Assembly: GCA_038496445.1 (NCBI GenBank)
Contig: JALMLS010000097.1
Coordinates: 62,001-126,000 of the forward strand
Origin: Trichosphaerium sp. ATCC 40318
Taxonomy: Eukaryota > Protista > Tubulinea
Length of the DNA: 64,000 bases
Direction of reading: 5' to 3'
The notes below the pieces were generated by a model, which searched no databases, was not told the origin of the DNA, and saw only the letters and a list, made by a program, of their open reading frames with translations. Within the stretch, counting starts at the first letter, position 1, and each line of letters starts with the position of its first letter. Positions 11,632-24,500 of the stretch are shown piece after piece. Position numbers and translations under genes: made by a program.

Positions 11632-11649
11632 ATAAAGATCGTTATTGAC

Positions 11650-11674
11650 TTTTTTTTTTTTTTTTTTTTTTTTT
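11650..11674 (+). repeat. Poly(T)25 3' tail of the retrotransposon
   Basis: T run between the 3' UTR and the right TSD, on the coding strand. Confidence 0.9.
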
Positions 11675-11687
11675 GTTCAGTGTACCT
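11675..11687 (+). repeat. Right target-site duplication GTTCAGTGTACCT
   Basis: Matches 1907-1919 exactly. Confidence 0.93.
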
Positions 11688-11783
11688 TCACAAACAGACT
11701 GAATTAGTCGTACGTGAAAGCCACTGAAACGCTACCCTGTACCGTGGTATGGTTTAAGAGTTTAGCTAACAAAAGTGAACAAC

Positions 11784-14700
11784 ATGTCGGAGTCACGGTC
11801 ATCTAAGAAGCATCACAAGCGTAAACGCTCCAAAGCTACAACAAAACATCCCGACCTTGAAGGAGAAACATTGTCTGTCGGCTCAAGTGGCAAGAAGGAG
11901 AAGTTTGCAGAGAGTAAATCAAACGGAGAAGCCAAATCAAAGAATGGAAGTAATCACGACAGCAGAGATCTAGGGAGCTCCATGAGTGAAAACATTACTA
12001 CGTCACAAGACAGAAGCAGCAAGAAAAGCGACAAAGCAAGTAAAAAAAGCTCAAAGCAAAACAGCTCTAAAAGTTCCCAAAACCTGGACAAGAAAGCCGA
12101 AAAAGAAGAGTCACGTAAAGCTAAAAAGAAACAAAGCCAAATGACGCTTGTAACATCAGGAGACACTACAATTCGCTTCGAAGGCGCTACCAAAGGAGTA
12201 CGTTACCAAATTATGGTTTCCGAATATCGTCAACATGTTTGTAATACAACGAATACTAATAATAATCCATTAGGACGCAAAAGTATTGCGTGTGCCTCAA
12301 GTGGAGGGATTCTTGTACAAATACACCAACCTTGCGAAAGGTACGTTCAAAATTAAGGTGTTTTTTGTTATTTTAATTTTTGACCTTGTGTACGTCGCCT
12401 GTAACATTATACTTACGTTGAGTTTGCTTTTAGGATGGCGTAAACGTTATTTTATCTTGGAGAGTGGTATTTTAATTTACTACAGAAAAAAGAAGATGAG
12501 CAATCCTAGAGATACCATTAATCTCGTATCCTTTTTTTTTTTTTTTTTTGCCAAGCTTTTTTATGAATTTATTGCAGTTGTTCGATCTTTTTTGAAAATT
12601 CTCCTTAACATTGTAAAGGCGCGAGCTGTAATAGTTCTATCTAAGAGCAGCAAGTGCGAATTTACTATTAATACAGATAATGCAGTGTTTCACCTTCGTG
12701 CAAAGGTAAAAAAAACCGGGAATTCGTCAATACTTTGACAAAAGAATCAAAAAACTTTTTTTGTTTATCAGAAAACGTGTCGACAAAAAACGAGCAAAAA
12801 ACGAACACAAACGCGATGTTTTTATGCGTCATTTTGTTTCTTTGCTCAAAACTTTATTGAGAGTAAGGTATTAATCTTCTTTTATTAGACTAGAGCTATT
12901 AAAGACAAGTGGGTTGACGCTATGACGAGATCGAAGAGTGTTATTTCTGATCTAACATCAAACGATCGTATGAGTTCATTGAGAAGCCCTATTACTGAAG
13001 GTACGTGTTTCTTTTACACGTTTTTTTTTTTTCTCGTGTTTTAAGGTGTTTGGTTTTATTTCGTGTTTTAAGGTGTTTCTTTTGCGCTTTTGTTAATGAT
13101 TATACCTATAGGAGATGCTTTAGCTTCTCTTAACGAGAAGATAGCTGAATCTAAGGATCTTGAAAAGAGCTTGGCTAAATTGTTGAAAGATTTAAATAAG
13201 CAGACAAATGAAGAAGGAAGTAGTAAGAAAAAGGGTGATAAGAAGAAGAAGAATAATGGTGATATTACTACAGTAGATGGGCATAAGTTTGTTGAAAAAG
13301 CGGAGGAATACCTCGGCGCAGCCCGCGGTTTATTGAGTGCTGCAGATGATGCATCAGCTATTTTACAAAACCATACGCAAGTATTACGACAAGTAGATCG
13401 CTTGCAGGTTGAAAAAGCCATTCTTATTGCAAAATTACGAAAGATTAAAAAGAGCGATTATGTACGTGTCTTAGCTTACTATAGGGCAATAATATCATTC
13501 TCATATACTAATATATACTTAGTATGGTAGAGAAAAAAGTAAAGGAAGGAATACAATCGATCCTGACTCGAATTCTGACGATATGTTTGTAAGCTTGTAT
13601 TTTTTTTCTTTAATATTTCACGTTTCAATGCTTATTTTGTTTTTTTCAAGAAAATGGACGAGGAAGAAGAAGAGGATGATGAAGAAGATGAAAGTATGTC
13701 TGATCCAATACAACAATATGGATCACCTCTCGACGGCAGCGATAGCGATGAATTCTTTGATGCTGAAGAGCCTTCCATGTCGTTTTATGATGCAGTTGAC
13801 GATTCTGTTCTTTTATATCGTCGTGGTTCTCAGGGATCTTTTGCAAGAGAAGTCTTGCCTAAAGAAGATTTACGTAGACAAGGTGGACCTACCATTGTCC
13901 GTTCTGTTTCTGAATCAAACTCACTTGTTGAGCGAGCTCACTCTAGGCGTATGTCTGGTACGTATTTAATAGATTGTTTTATGGGTTGTATAGCAAGAAA
14001 CATGACTTGGGTACTTATGTCGTTTTTGTGTAGAGAGTAGACAACGCAATAAGGCAATGAACTCTCCTGCACGTCATAGATCAGTCAGTGATGGTACTGG
14101 CGATGATATAGAGAGTGTTCACCATGAGTCTATGAAAACGTTTGAAGACACTATGAAAGAAGCTGGCCAGGTACTATTTAAACAAAAAAAAGCGAAACAA
14201 AGAAAACTTGATAGCTGTAGCAGCGGAAAATTTGTAACAATGTTTTCTAGTTCAATGAATTTTGGGATTTTGCTAACAAAGTTGTAGATTAAAAGGAGAA
14301 CCCAGCTCCCATACGTTGGTAAAATACAAAACAAGCCAAGTCTTCTTAAGATTCTAAAGGATGCTGTACGTTCTCTTTCGCACACGTAGTTGCTCGTCTC
14401 TACGCATCTATATTTTGGTAATTTTTGACTTTGTTCATGTTAGATTGGCAAAGATTTATCTCGTATAACTATCCCAGTACACTTTTCCGAGCCACTGTCT
14501 ATGTTACAGCGTCTTACGGAAGATGTTGAATATTCAGATCTACTCGATAAAGCAGCGGCCGAGGATGACCCAGCTAAGCGTCTCCTCTGGCTAGCAACCT
14601 ATGCTATATCTCCTCACGCAGGTAACAACAATTTCTCATCGGCCTTGTTTTATCACTTACCTCGGTTTAGCTACCCTTGACAGGACAAATAAGCCATTTA

Positions 14701-16061
14701 ATCCACTTCTTGGAGAAACATATGAAAACGTTCGCGAAGACAAGGTATGTTGTTTACTCGTTTTTATGCGCGTAGTCGAAGCAACTGAATTTTGTCCTCA
14801 ATTTTCTGACATTTTTTTAGGGATATCGTCTACTCACTGAACAAGTCAGTCATCACCCTCCAGAGAGCGCCTTTTATTGTGAATCCAAAGATTGGTATAT
14901 ATACGGTAATGCTTGGGTTAAGAATAAGTTCTGGGGTAAATCATTGGAGCTACTGCCTATTGGTGAAATGTGCGTTTAAAATTTTTTTGTTTTATTTTAT
15001 CATTTTGCGTGTTGTATGTTTTGATACTCTTGTTGACGCCCTTTGTAGTCATATTAAGATTCCAAAATATGATGATCATGTGACATTTAGTAAAGTGACA
15101 TGTTGTATCCATAATGTATTGATTGGTACCAAGTACATTGCGCACTACGGTAGAGTAAGTATCTTTTTTGCCCTTTTCGTTTAAGTTCGTATTTTTTTGG
15201 ATTCTTGGCTAACGTTTGGATAGATGAACATTAAAAACCACACCACTGGACACTATTGTAAGCTAGAGTTTGCCAAACCGTCACTATGGGGAGGCACACA
15301 ACACGCTGTAAGTGATTTTTTAATAATTTTTTTTGCCTTGTTTTTTTTTCTTAGTTTTGTATTTTTAGGTGAAAGGTAGCGTCTATGATAAGGATGATAA
15401 TATGCTATACGTTATAGAAGGAAAGTTCTCAGACAAAGTATCTGCTAAAGAAGTGCTACCAGATGGCACTGAAACGGAGCCAAAGACACTTTGGGAGGTG
15501 CGGAAAAACTAAAATGCCCGAGAGCTTTTGGATTGAGAAAAAAATCTTTAATTTGACGTCTAACCACTCTCTAATATTTTTCTATTTTCTAATATACTTC
15601 AGGTACGACCTCGACCTTCTAATGCGAAGAAGCAGTACAATTTTACATCGGTATGTCATCATCACTCGAGACAAAAAACAAAAAAATGAAAAAAACAGTT
15701 TAAAGAATTCTTGTTTTTTTCCTAACTGTTGATCTAGTTCTCTATTGAACTCAATGAGTTGACACCAGGACTTGAAGATAAGTTACCTGCAACAGATACA
15801 AGATTAAGACCAGATCAAAGAGCCATGGAAAACGGTGATATAACAGTTGCAAGTAAAGAAAAAGAGAGACTAGAAAACCTTCAAAGAGCAAGAAGAAAAC
15901 TCCGTGAAGCAAATAAAGAAGAGTGGGAACCAAGATGGTTTGTTCCAAGTGAGAATGGTCAATCTTGGGAGTACAGAGGAGGATACTGGGAATCAAGAGC
16001 ATCAGGTAAATGGGAGGGTGTTATGGAGACTATTTTTGTAGATAAAGATCAAGAAGATTGA
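11784..16061 (+). CDS. Oxysterol-binding protein family member with PH domain and FFAT motif, multi-exon
   Basis: PH domain (EGFLYKYTNLAKG|WRKRYFILESGILIYY), FFAT motif EFFDAEE, ORD motifs IGKDLSRITIPVHFSEPLSMLQR, KPFNPLLGETYE, EQVSHHPP and TDTRLRPDQRAMENGD. Confidence 0.93.
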
Positions 16062-16329
16062 TTGTTGTAATATGTTTTAAATAACCCAAGTAATAACTGC
16101 TACCCACCTCACTAATAACATAAATTTTTTTTCTCTGAATATTTGCCCTCTCCTTTTTAGTAAAAGCATCAATACTGGTTGTCAAATATATTTGATTTAT
16201 AATCCGAACCCTGGGGTTACAACATCTCTTACAATGTGAAGGTTTTTGCCTAGCAAATACGTTGAAAAACTAAGTCTGGACCAAGGTTATTTGAATCGCA
16301 TCAATTGCGATTAAATCGTTAAAATACTT

Positions 16330-17160
16330 ATGGCAGCAATACCTAGGCATGTTGAAAGAAGTGTTCGTCCTTTTTTTTGGATTGTAGCTACTTCAAATGG
16401 CACAACAGCCAACCAAGAGTTCAGAAATGGCGTAGAAATGATTAGTAAAGCTAAACAGAGTTGTTTAACGTTACATGTTCAAAAAGCATCAGGAAAGCGT
16501 TTTCCTTCTCTATTATCGCTTTCTATGGACTATTTGATAGTTAATAACATTGATACAAAAGATGTACACTTGCCACAATCACTGGAAGCTAAACTGAAGA
16601 ACAAATCGAGAGTGTTAACTTTTTTTTCGAAAGAAAAACTTGTTTCATTCATTTCTTTGCATCAAAAAAAATCACGTGGAAATTGGTCATTGTCATGTGA
16701 TCAAAATTGTCTAATTAAATGGGGTGCTGAATTAAGAGGTATTGCAAACGAAATATATAACAGAAAGAACGATACAATAATTTTTTGTCATGTTACATCC
16801 AATCTAAAAGTTTCACACTTGGAGAACAAAACTTCAATTGATAAGATTGGTTTCAATTTAGGATTTCTTGTATTTGACTCATATGTCAAGGATCTTAGAG
16901 CTATGAATATAGCTTTCTGGGGATTATATCAAGTGGGATTTCCATGGATATATAATGGACACTATGAAGAAGATAAACGTGCAACATTAGTTTATTGGCA
17001 GCAAACAATAGAGTCCGGTGCTCTTCTTTTTCCAGAGCCATACCCTCATGATTTTGCTCTTATTGTTGGTGTTCCTGGTGATGGTGGATTTGGGTCAATG
17101 TGGATGGGTCTTGATCAAGAAAAGACAGAGCAGCTACGTTCCAGAGACTTATTTTTTTAA
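16330..17160 (+). CDS. Hypothetical protein, 276 aa, intronless
   Basis: Long ATG-initiated ORF with protein-like composition; no family recognised. Confidence 0.6.
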   Translation: MAAIPRHVERSVRPFFWIVATSNGTTANQEFRNGVEMISKAKQSCLTLHVQKASGKRFPSLLSLSMDYLIVNNIDTKDVHLPQSLEAKLKNKSRVLTFFSKEKLVSFISLHQKKSRGNWSLSCDQNCLIKWGAELRGIANEIYNRKNDTIIFCHVTSNLKVSHLENKTSIDKIGFNLGFLVFDSYVKDLRAMNIAFWGLYQVGFPWIYNGHYEEDKRATLVYWQQTIESGALLFPEPYPHDFALIVGVPGDGGFGSMWMGLDQEKTEQLRSRDLFF

Positions 17161-17990
17161 GTGGAACAACAAACAAACGACTTGTCCAAGCACTGACATA
17201 GAAGTAAGTACTTATTTTGGCGTGTAAGAAATTTAATCTTGTTTTTTAACTTTCGGTACACCACTAAAAAAACTAAAAAAGAGTTGTTGCAGAAAAAAGA
17301 ATAACAGCTTCAATTGAAGTACGTTTTTGTATGTTGTAGTTGGAGCTACTCTATTCTTTTTAGTTGCAAAATAACCGCTTGTTCTATGTCATTACTTCCT
17401 GTTTCTTAGTACATATCTATTCAGTAAATTGTAATAAATAAACAATGGTTGTCACGTCAAATTTCGCACAAATTTACGCTAACGGTAGAAACGTAAGTTT
17501 CTTGTAGCGACAATGTAAATCTGTTTCAAAACACAACACACTTGGGATTCAGAATATCAACAAGATCACTAGAAATTGTTGTTGTATCGGATCGTATGTG
17601 TTGACTTGAAAGATAACAGGTGAACTTAGATTCACACCAATGGAACGTCTAAAGTCTATCACCTACCAAGAGAGTCACATATAACAACAGTCTATTCTTT
17701 ATGAGGGACTGTAAAGAAAACACACATATGTCATGCAAATCAATAACAAACACTTTGCATCAACGCTTGTATAAAACTGTAGGTGCAGTGAGATTAGGCA
17801 ACACGAATTATCCTAAACTCACACGATCACTAAAACCTCAATACGGTAAGATAACTGCCGTAGGTATAATTGTAAAGTTAAGATTGGTTGTGACTGCATC
17901 AAACAGGATCAGTGTTTAACTTTAATTACAAAATAAAGCTAAGAGTCTGCTGAGATACAAAAAATTGGTAAGTTGCAGTTAGCCACAACT

Positions 17991-20175
17991 TTATTTATTA
18001 GATGTCTTTAAAAACACCTCGCCTTCATCATTAACACTAATATAAAAATATAAGTAAAAGTGATTTAAAGTGTCGAACTTACGGGTGTGAAGGACGTGTT
18101 AGTATCAAGCCGTTATAGTTTGCATCACGAAGTGCAAATGCGAATCCAAGTAGAATTGCTGTAGGAACTACAGATACAGCAAACATGCCAAAGTTTACCC
18201 AATAATAGTGGTTATTAGGTGATACAAGTTTATCAAGAACAGGTGTCAAGAATGTACCAATACCACTGATACAGTATCCTCTGCAGTCAAAATAAATTAT
18301 CAGTATCACGTGATAAAAAAAACTACTTGAACGTCTTTTTGTGTTATCACGTGTCAATTACATGGTTTTTGGTTTTGATTTAAATTAGTATTTTGATGCG
18401 TACACAACTACGATTCTACTAAAGTTTCTTGGACAGTATTGTTGAATCAGCTGATTAGAGAAAAGAAAAGTTGACATTCTCCATAAAATAAAAAAGATAA
18501 AAGTGGCGTATTGTAAGTTTGCAATCTACCCCGTAGATATTAGCTTCAAAAGTAAATAAGAAATACGGTATCTCTACCTTAATCATAGAACAAGTAACCC
18601 ATATAAGCCCGAGGATAAGAGATAGTAAGGCACCTCTCCAAGCAGTCCGCAAACCTAAACAACATCATTTAGTTTTAAAATAAAGGTTTTACAAACACAC
18701 AAGGCAAGTAAATTCACGTGTACCGTTTACTCTTGTATAAAACATAAATCCTACCAGTGGAGCACATAATGCAAGTGATGGTAGCAATATAGAAAACCCT
18801 AATGTGAGATCATGAGCTGTATCGTCATCAGCATCAACTGTTCCAACATTTGTCACCCAATTAATCTGATCAGGTACAGTGCTCAAGTAGAAGTAACCCA
18901 ATGGTGCTGTACATATCGCATACGCCCTTCATATGAAGGCTTAATTAAGATACTCTAGAGCAGATTTTAACGAACCATGACGCAATAACGATGGGATTCG
19001 GAGCATCTTTCGAAAAAGTCTCCCAGAGTGATGGTGGTTTTTCTCCGACCACTGGTTGGTTTTCTTCTGTCAGTAAAGAATAATCGGGGTCCATGAAGAA
19101 AGCCGATGGTATAACGAATATGAACACAAGTACTCCATATCCTAAGAACACCCATCTACAAAAAGAGCAGTTCAGGAAATAGTTCGAACAGTGAACAAGT
19201 CTAGTACAAAAAAAAAGTACCTTAGCGATACTCCCCAGTCATACACTACAAGAAACAACCAAAATATAATACCACTAAGATCCCAAGACCCTGTTAGAAA
19301 TCCATTGATGTAACCTATCGCATTTGGCTTGACTACAATACAACTTAGCTGAGCAGAATTGCCGATGGTTCTTAAAGAGAATGTTTTGTACCTTTGGAGA
19401 CTGCGCCCATATAAAACTGCATGCAAGCGAGGTACACCATAGCCCCGACAAAAGTAGCAATGAGCCAACATGCTGGTAGTAACCAAGATGATATCTAAAG
19501 ACAGTGTATGTCAAATTGAAGAAGACATTGAGTGCTGTACGTAGTAAGGAACTTCTGGAGAATGAACGAAAGCCGACACAATCCAACTTGCACTTATTAC
19601 TACCCCCGCAAGTATTATGTTCCATTTGACATTTCCAAGACGCACTACAAACTCTCCAGCAAGGTAGGCTAAAACATAGAATCCACCAAAAGCAATCTGA
19701 GGCAACCTGTTGAGCGCCAAGTTCTGAGCCTGAAAAAGGGGAAAAAAAAATAAGTCACTAAAAAAAATAAAACCTAAAATCCCGTGACTCAAACAAATAT
19801 CACGTGACTGACAAAGTACGAACATCACAACAAGGTTCTAATCTTGAAGGAACACAAGTTTCTCTCCAATCATCACCACATAAATTAGCGTACACTTTAG
19901 ACTCCAGCAAGGCTGGTTTAAGCGCAGTGTAATTGGTTATTGGTCCTTTCAAGTAGATTAGGTTTTATAGTACCTTGCAACGCAAATAATTAGGAAAAAC
20001 TCATACCTGTCACCAGTATGCATATAAGTATGGCATGAGCTACCAAGAAATAAAGGCGGAAGATAAACTAGGACTGTTTTATATTTACACCTCTAAACGA
20101 CACTATCCGTGCCTTTCTTTCGGTATGCGCGTTAGCTGTGGAATAATCATCATCAAGCAAAGGTTGTGCTTCCAT
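17991..20175 (-). CDS. MFS transporter, SLC43/FMP42-like, multi-exon
   Basis: Many TM exons: GPITNYTALKPALLESKVYANLC..C..QAQNLALN, GFLTGSWDLSGIIF, YFYLSTVPDQI. Exon 1 contains an in-frame TAG at 20068-70 (micro-intron or lesion). Confidence 0.65.
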
Positions 20176-20647
20176 CACTCTTCGAGAATTACTTTACGAC
20201 TTGTCAAAAAACAGTCAGTTTAACTGAATTCGCTGGCCTCAAAGACATCCTGAATGAGTACACTAGAATCATGCAACTACAAGCATAGTAGCCACCTTAA
20301 AGCACTGGAAGGAATTGAAAACAGGCAAAAGTTTAATCACGTGATATCCACAGTGCAAACTAAATACAGCACTATCCTTGTATACCTAACTTAGATTGTT
20401 CTATGTGACGATTAAAGAGCAATATCGTCACTGAAAGTGCCAGTGCACTACCTAAAAGCGGTGTAAAGTACCACAAGACACTTGTTGTACTCATACTAAT
20501 GGTTTTGTATCAAGGTTCACGTTTTTTGCTGAAAGTCCTTAGTGAGTCTTTCCTGTATTTACAATTAATCAAGACGCGTTACGTAACCATTGCGTCACCG
20601 TATAAGAGTTTTTGAAGGAAGTTACATCAAATTAACGCCAAGTCGTT

Positions 20648-21551
20648 ATGGCTGACGGTGACGACTCACTCATTGGTAATTTCTTGGCCACTGGGATAGC
20701 TCAAGCCAAGAAAGCAGTTGAAGAAGATGTATTAGGGCATAAACGACCAGCTCTTAATTTCTACATACGAGCGCTCGGGAACATACAAAAGGCGCTTAAA
20801 TGTAAGCGTAGAGCGTTTCACGCTAAAATACAAGATTACGTAAGTTACTGATTATTTATTCAGACCAACAGGACCCACACATTAAAGAACAGATAAAAAC
20901 CAAACTAGTGACGTACTTACAACGCGCAGAGGAATTAAAAGCTGAAATTGAAGTAATGGAAATGCCAACACTCCCGTCAGTGCCTTCAGGTACACCTAAA
21001 AGTAATATTGAGACGAAAAGTAATCGTTGTGGCGCAAAGCTTTCCATTTTAGCTGAAAATCACTTTTTTTCTCCAAGTCGTGCTTGTTCTGATTCCATCG
21101 TAGCCCCAAATCATCCAACAATACCAAAAATCCCCCAAAAGCAAGGCATAACCACAGTTAATACATCACATAACGTACAACAAATGAAACGCGATTTCAA
21201 GCCAGAATTGGATCCAGGACCTCCAGCATCAAATGGACTAGGTGCAAACGATTTTTTGAAGCAAGGATTAGAGCATGCCAAGTATGCTGTTAGTCTAGAT
21301 GCAAAATATATGGTAAAGGATGCATTGCAGGCGTATATAAAGGCTCTCGAATATTTTACACTTTCTCTGAAATGTACGATTTGGAGTTGCAAACTCCGAC
21401 TTGTTGAGTTTTTTTTTTGGTTTTTTTTGTGCTTACTGTTGGGTTCGTAGATGAGAGAGATCCTCAGCGAAAGATGCTTATTAAAGAGAAAGTAACAGAT
21501 TACGTAACACGTGCTGAAACTCTGAAGAGAGTACTTGAAAGGGACTTGTAA
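20648..21551 (+). CDS. Tandem MIT-domain protein, multi-exon
   Basis: Two MIT repeats: AQAKKAVEED..ALNFYIRAL..IKTKLVTYLQRAEELK and EHAKYAVSLD..ALQAYIKALEYF..ERDPQRKMLIKEKVTDYVTRAETLK. Confidence 0.85.
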
Positions 21552-21599
21552 ATAGTAGTTTGTTACGGTTTTTTTGGGCAAAGAACAAAAACTTGGAAC

Positions 21600-24500
21600 A
21601 TGAAAAATCATTAAAAAGTTCTTCAACAGGTTGTACACTAAATAAAATTCAATTAGAAAACAACTTGAGCTATTGGTTGACTCACCTACAATTCTCTCAT
21701 AGTGTAGTTGCTAAGAACAAAATATTCCTTGGAAGAGCGCTCTGTACCAAAAACATATCCATCATAGGCACATGAAACGTTTCCTTGCCAACTAGGTTGC
21801 TTTACATGTGACTCTTAATGAACAGTTATTCAACAAGTAAGCGATACTTAAGTTACAGTGGATGTACCTTAGGATGCGTATGAGCTAGTGGAAGCAGTGG
21901 TCTCCGTATGAAATTACCTTTAAAAAACATGCAATAGCATAACGTAACAATTAAAATAAAGTGTCAAAACAAAACACAATGGAATCGTTGTGTAGTACAA
22001 TGATAAAAGTCTGTAATAGAAAACCGAAATGAAAATATAACCCGCCTTGATACATGCTAACTACTTAACACGGGTGTAAAGGAGAAACCAAACAATATTC
22101 AATATCTAATGGTTCACCAAGTAAATTATGCAAACGGTAGTGTAGATATTATGGTGCAGCGGTAACATTAGTCCCGTAGTACGTTATACCAGCGTATATA
22201 TCCTAGTGGCGTGTAGGCCACATGTGCCTTTATTCGACTATGCACATGTTATTGAAGTACAGTAGCAACAAAGAAGTAAAGACTTTAAAAAAATTACAAA
22301 GTTTTTTTATTTCAGTCCATGTAATAATCAGGTGTAAACAAAGAAAACCAGTTGATATGTAAGAATGTACACATGATACAAATAATCACTACTAAAGCAT
22401 GACCAATAAGTCTGAGACGCTGATACTTGACTTTCTTATCATCAACTAATGCCATATTTTCGCAATAAATCAACATAAAGTGAAAAAGTTGTTGCATCGC
22501 TAGCGTCAGATAGTAACCAATCAGAACGCCAATAGTCGCCCAAGATAACGCTATAAATATCGTCCATTAGGTTACAGTCTTAATGATTGGTTTTATTTGG
22601 TACGTACCCATTGAGAATATCAACACAACAAATATTTGTTGAAATGCAGTGATATAAGCAAAAACTAAAGAAGTAATAAACGAAGCCGTTGACAAGAACA
22701 TTGACTTTCGGAAATGCATATAACTAACATAATCGAGTAAGCACACAAGTATAAAGGGGCAAGAGGTTATGACAAGCCAAAAAAATGTATGTACGTACAC
22801 TACCTCCAGAATGAAACATAAAGCAAGGATTATGTGAATGATATAAATAAAAGTACATGAATGACTTATTGAAGAGCAAGGCAGTCCAGACTTGATATCG
22901 CTGAATGGAATAGCTGAAAATGATCCAATACTCCAAACAAGTGTCATTACGGTAAGAATACCATGAAATACACGAATTAAAATAACAGAAGAACAACCAC
23001 AAACACCCTACGAAGACAACAGTTAATAACAGGTTTTTTTTTGTGTTGAAGATTTCACGTGTGCGAACCTTTACGCCGTGTTTTCTCTTGTATGCAAACC
23101 CAAACATTGTTATGACCATCAAGAATGGTAACCCAGTGAGTATAGATAGCACTATAAACATTGATTCCATAGGTGTAAACTTACATGCTTCTCCATGTGT
23201 CCTATCTTGAAATAGATACTATAACAAACAAATAAGAAAAAAACTAGAGATTGCACTCATTGCTTTGTTATACCCTCGATTGCTTCTCACTTGTATAATA
23301 AAGAGCTGTGCCACTTTCCCGATTACATGGTAAATTTGGTCCATAGTACTCTCTGTAGTAATAATAATCTGCCACGGCCATTCGAAGTGGTGATAGTAAG
23401 AACCCTTTGAATAAACAATGAACACAATTTTTGATTCAAAAAAAAAAAAAAAAACCTCACCGTTTTCTAAGCCGTCGAAAACTTCAAACTGAGATAATGT
23501 TTGTTCCCACAATGTCTCTGCATTTTCTAAAGTAACGTGTAGCTACGTATTGATGAGTTGTTAAAACATAAGAAAAGGATTATTGTCGCACAGAAAACAG
23601 GTGAATCATATCGCCATAATGAGATGATACAGATAACATGACACGTGAGTCAACTGATATAACTTGTTAACAAAGGATGACATTATAAGTAATGTACCTA
23701 AAGAGAATCCTTTTACATTAGTGTATTGCGAGATGTTTGCAATAACAAGAGGTGTCTCCTCGTTAACAAAAGTGAGATCTGAAACGCGAAGAACCCTTTA
23801 AAAGGAAGTTAAAACAGGACAATAAACTCCGTTCAGAGCTACCTGTATGTTAAGTGAGATTGTATCTCTCCTTTTTTGCCTTCAACATGTGGCACTGTGA
23901 TTAGAAGAGCGTGTTCTAAAAGCTTGGTTAAGTGAACCATACGAACAAAGAAATATTCTTTTCGGCAGTTTGTTTTGTTTTACTTTACATCACGTGCTTA
24001 CCTTTTCCAAATTTTATGATTTCATGAACTGTACTTATCATATTCTTTTGTACCAGTAGTTTACCCTCATAATCCCTCGTCTCCTAAAAAGAAAGAAAGG
24101 TAGGGTCAATAAACGTTAAGCACTGTTGCAATACTCAATTTTTTTTAGGTAAGTACGTACAAGGTGGAGTGTATAATTGGGTGCGTTCACATGTCTTGTG
24201 CGCCTTTATGAGATAATTAGGAACAACCAGAAAAATCAAAGGGGTACCTATAACCAAAAGCAACATTCTCATAACGGATTCCTGTAAACGTTGTACTTTC
24301 ATAGTAACCGTGTGAGCCAGAAATACGCCGAGGATCAACAGCAGCTCCTTTTGACACGTTGTGAAAAGAAACAGATAATTGCCCTTTCAAAAATGCTCTT
24401 GCGTAATAGAGCACGTTTTCTTTTACTTCATATGCTACAAAGGCGTCCTACATTCTTAGATTAAGTCCATGGCTTAAGCAACAACTAAAAAAAAAAAAAA

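Larger units (their letters stand above)
1920..11674 (+). mobile_element. Full-length non-LTR (LINE-like) retrotransposon: ORF1, Ubl, APE, RT, RNase H, C-terminal zinc finger; interrupted by a nested DNA transposon
   Basis: Flanked by a 13-bp TSD. APE motifs IISWNIRG, DIACLQE, FIGDWN, RIDYLL, LSDHNPI. RT motifs YRPIALL, QFGF, IDFSKAYDSV, GVKQGDGFSPILF, YADD (7289-7300). RNase H motifs TDGS, AELEAI, DSTSAI, WIPSH, NDIAD. Cx2C...HxxxC finger near the C-terminus. Homopolymer tail. Confidence 0.95.

Noticed and set aside
11576-11640. Hammerhead ribozyme in the 3' UTR junction
   Set aside because: No CUGANGA or GAAA core.
20068-20070. In-frame TAG in the MFS gene as evidence of stop-codon reassignment
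   Set aside because: Single case; it can be removed by a 21- or 36-nt GT..TAG intron, or may be a lesion. Conserved genes here show no internal TAG.
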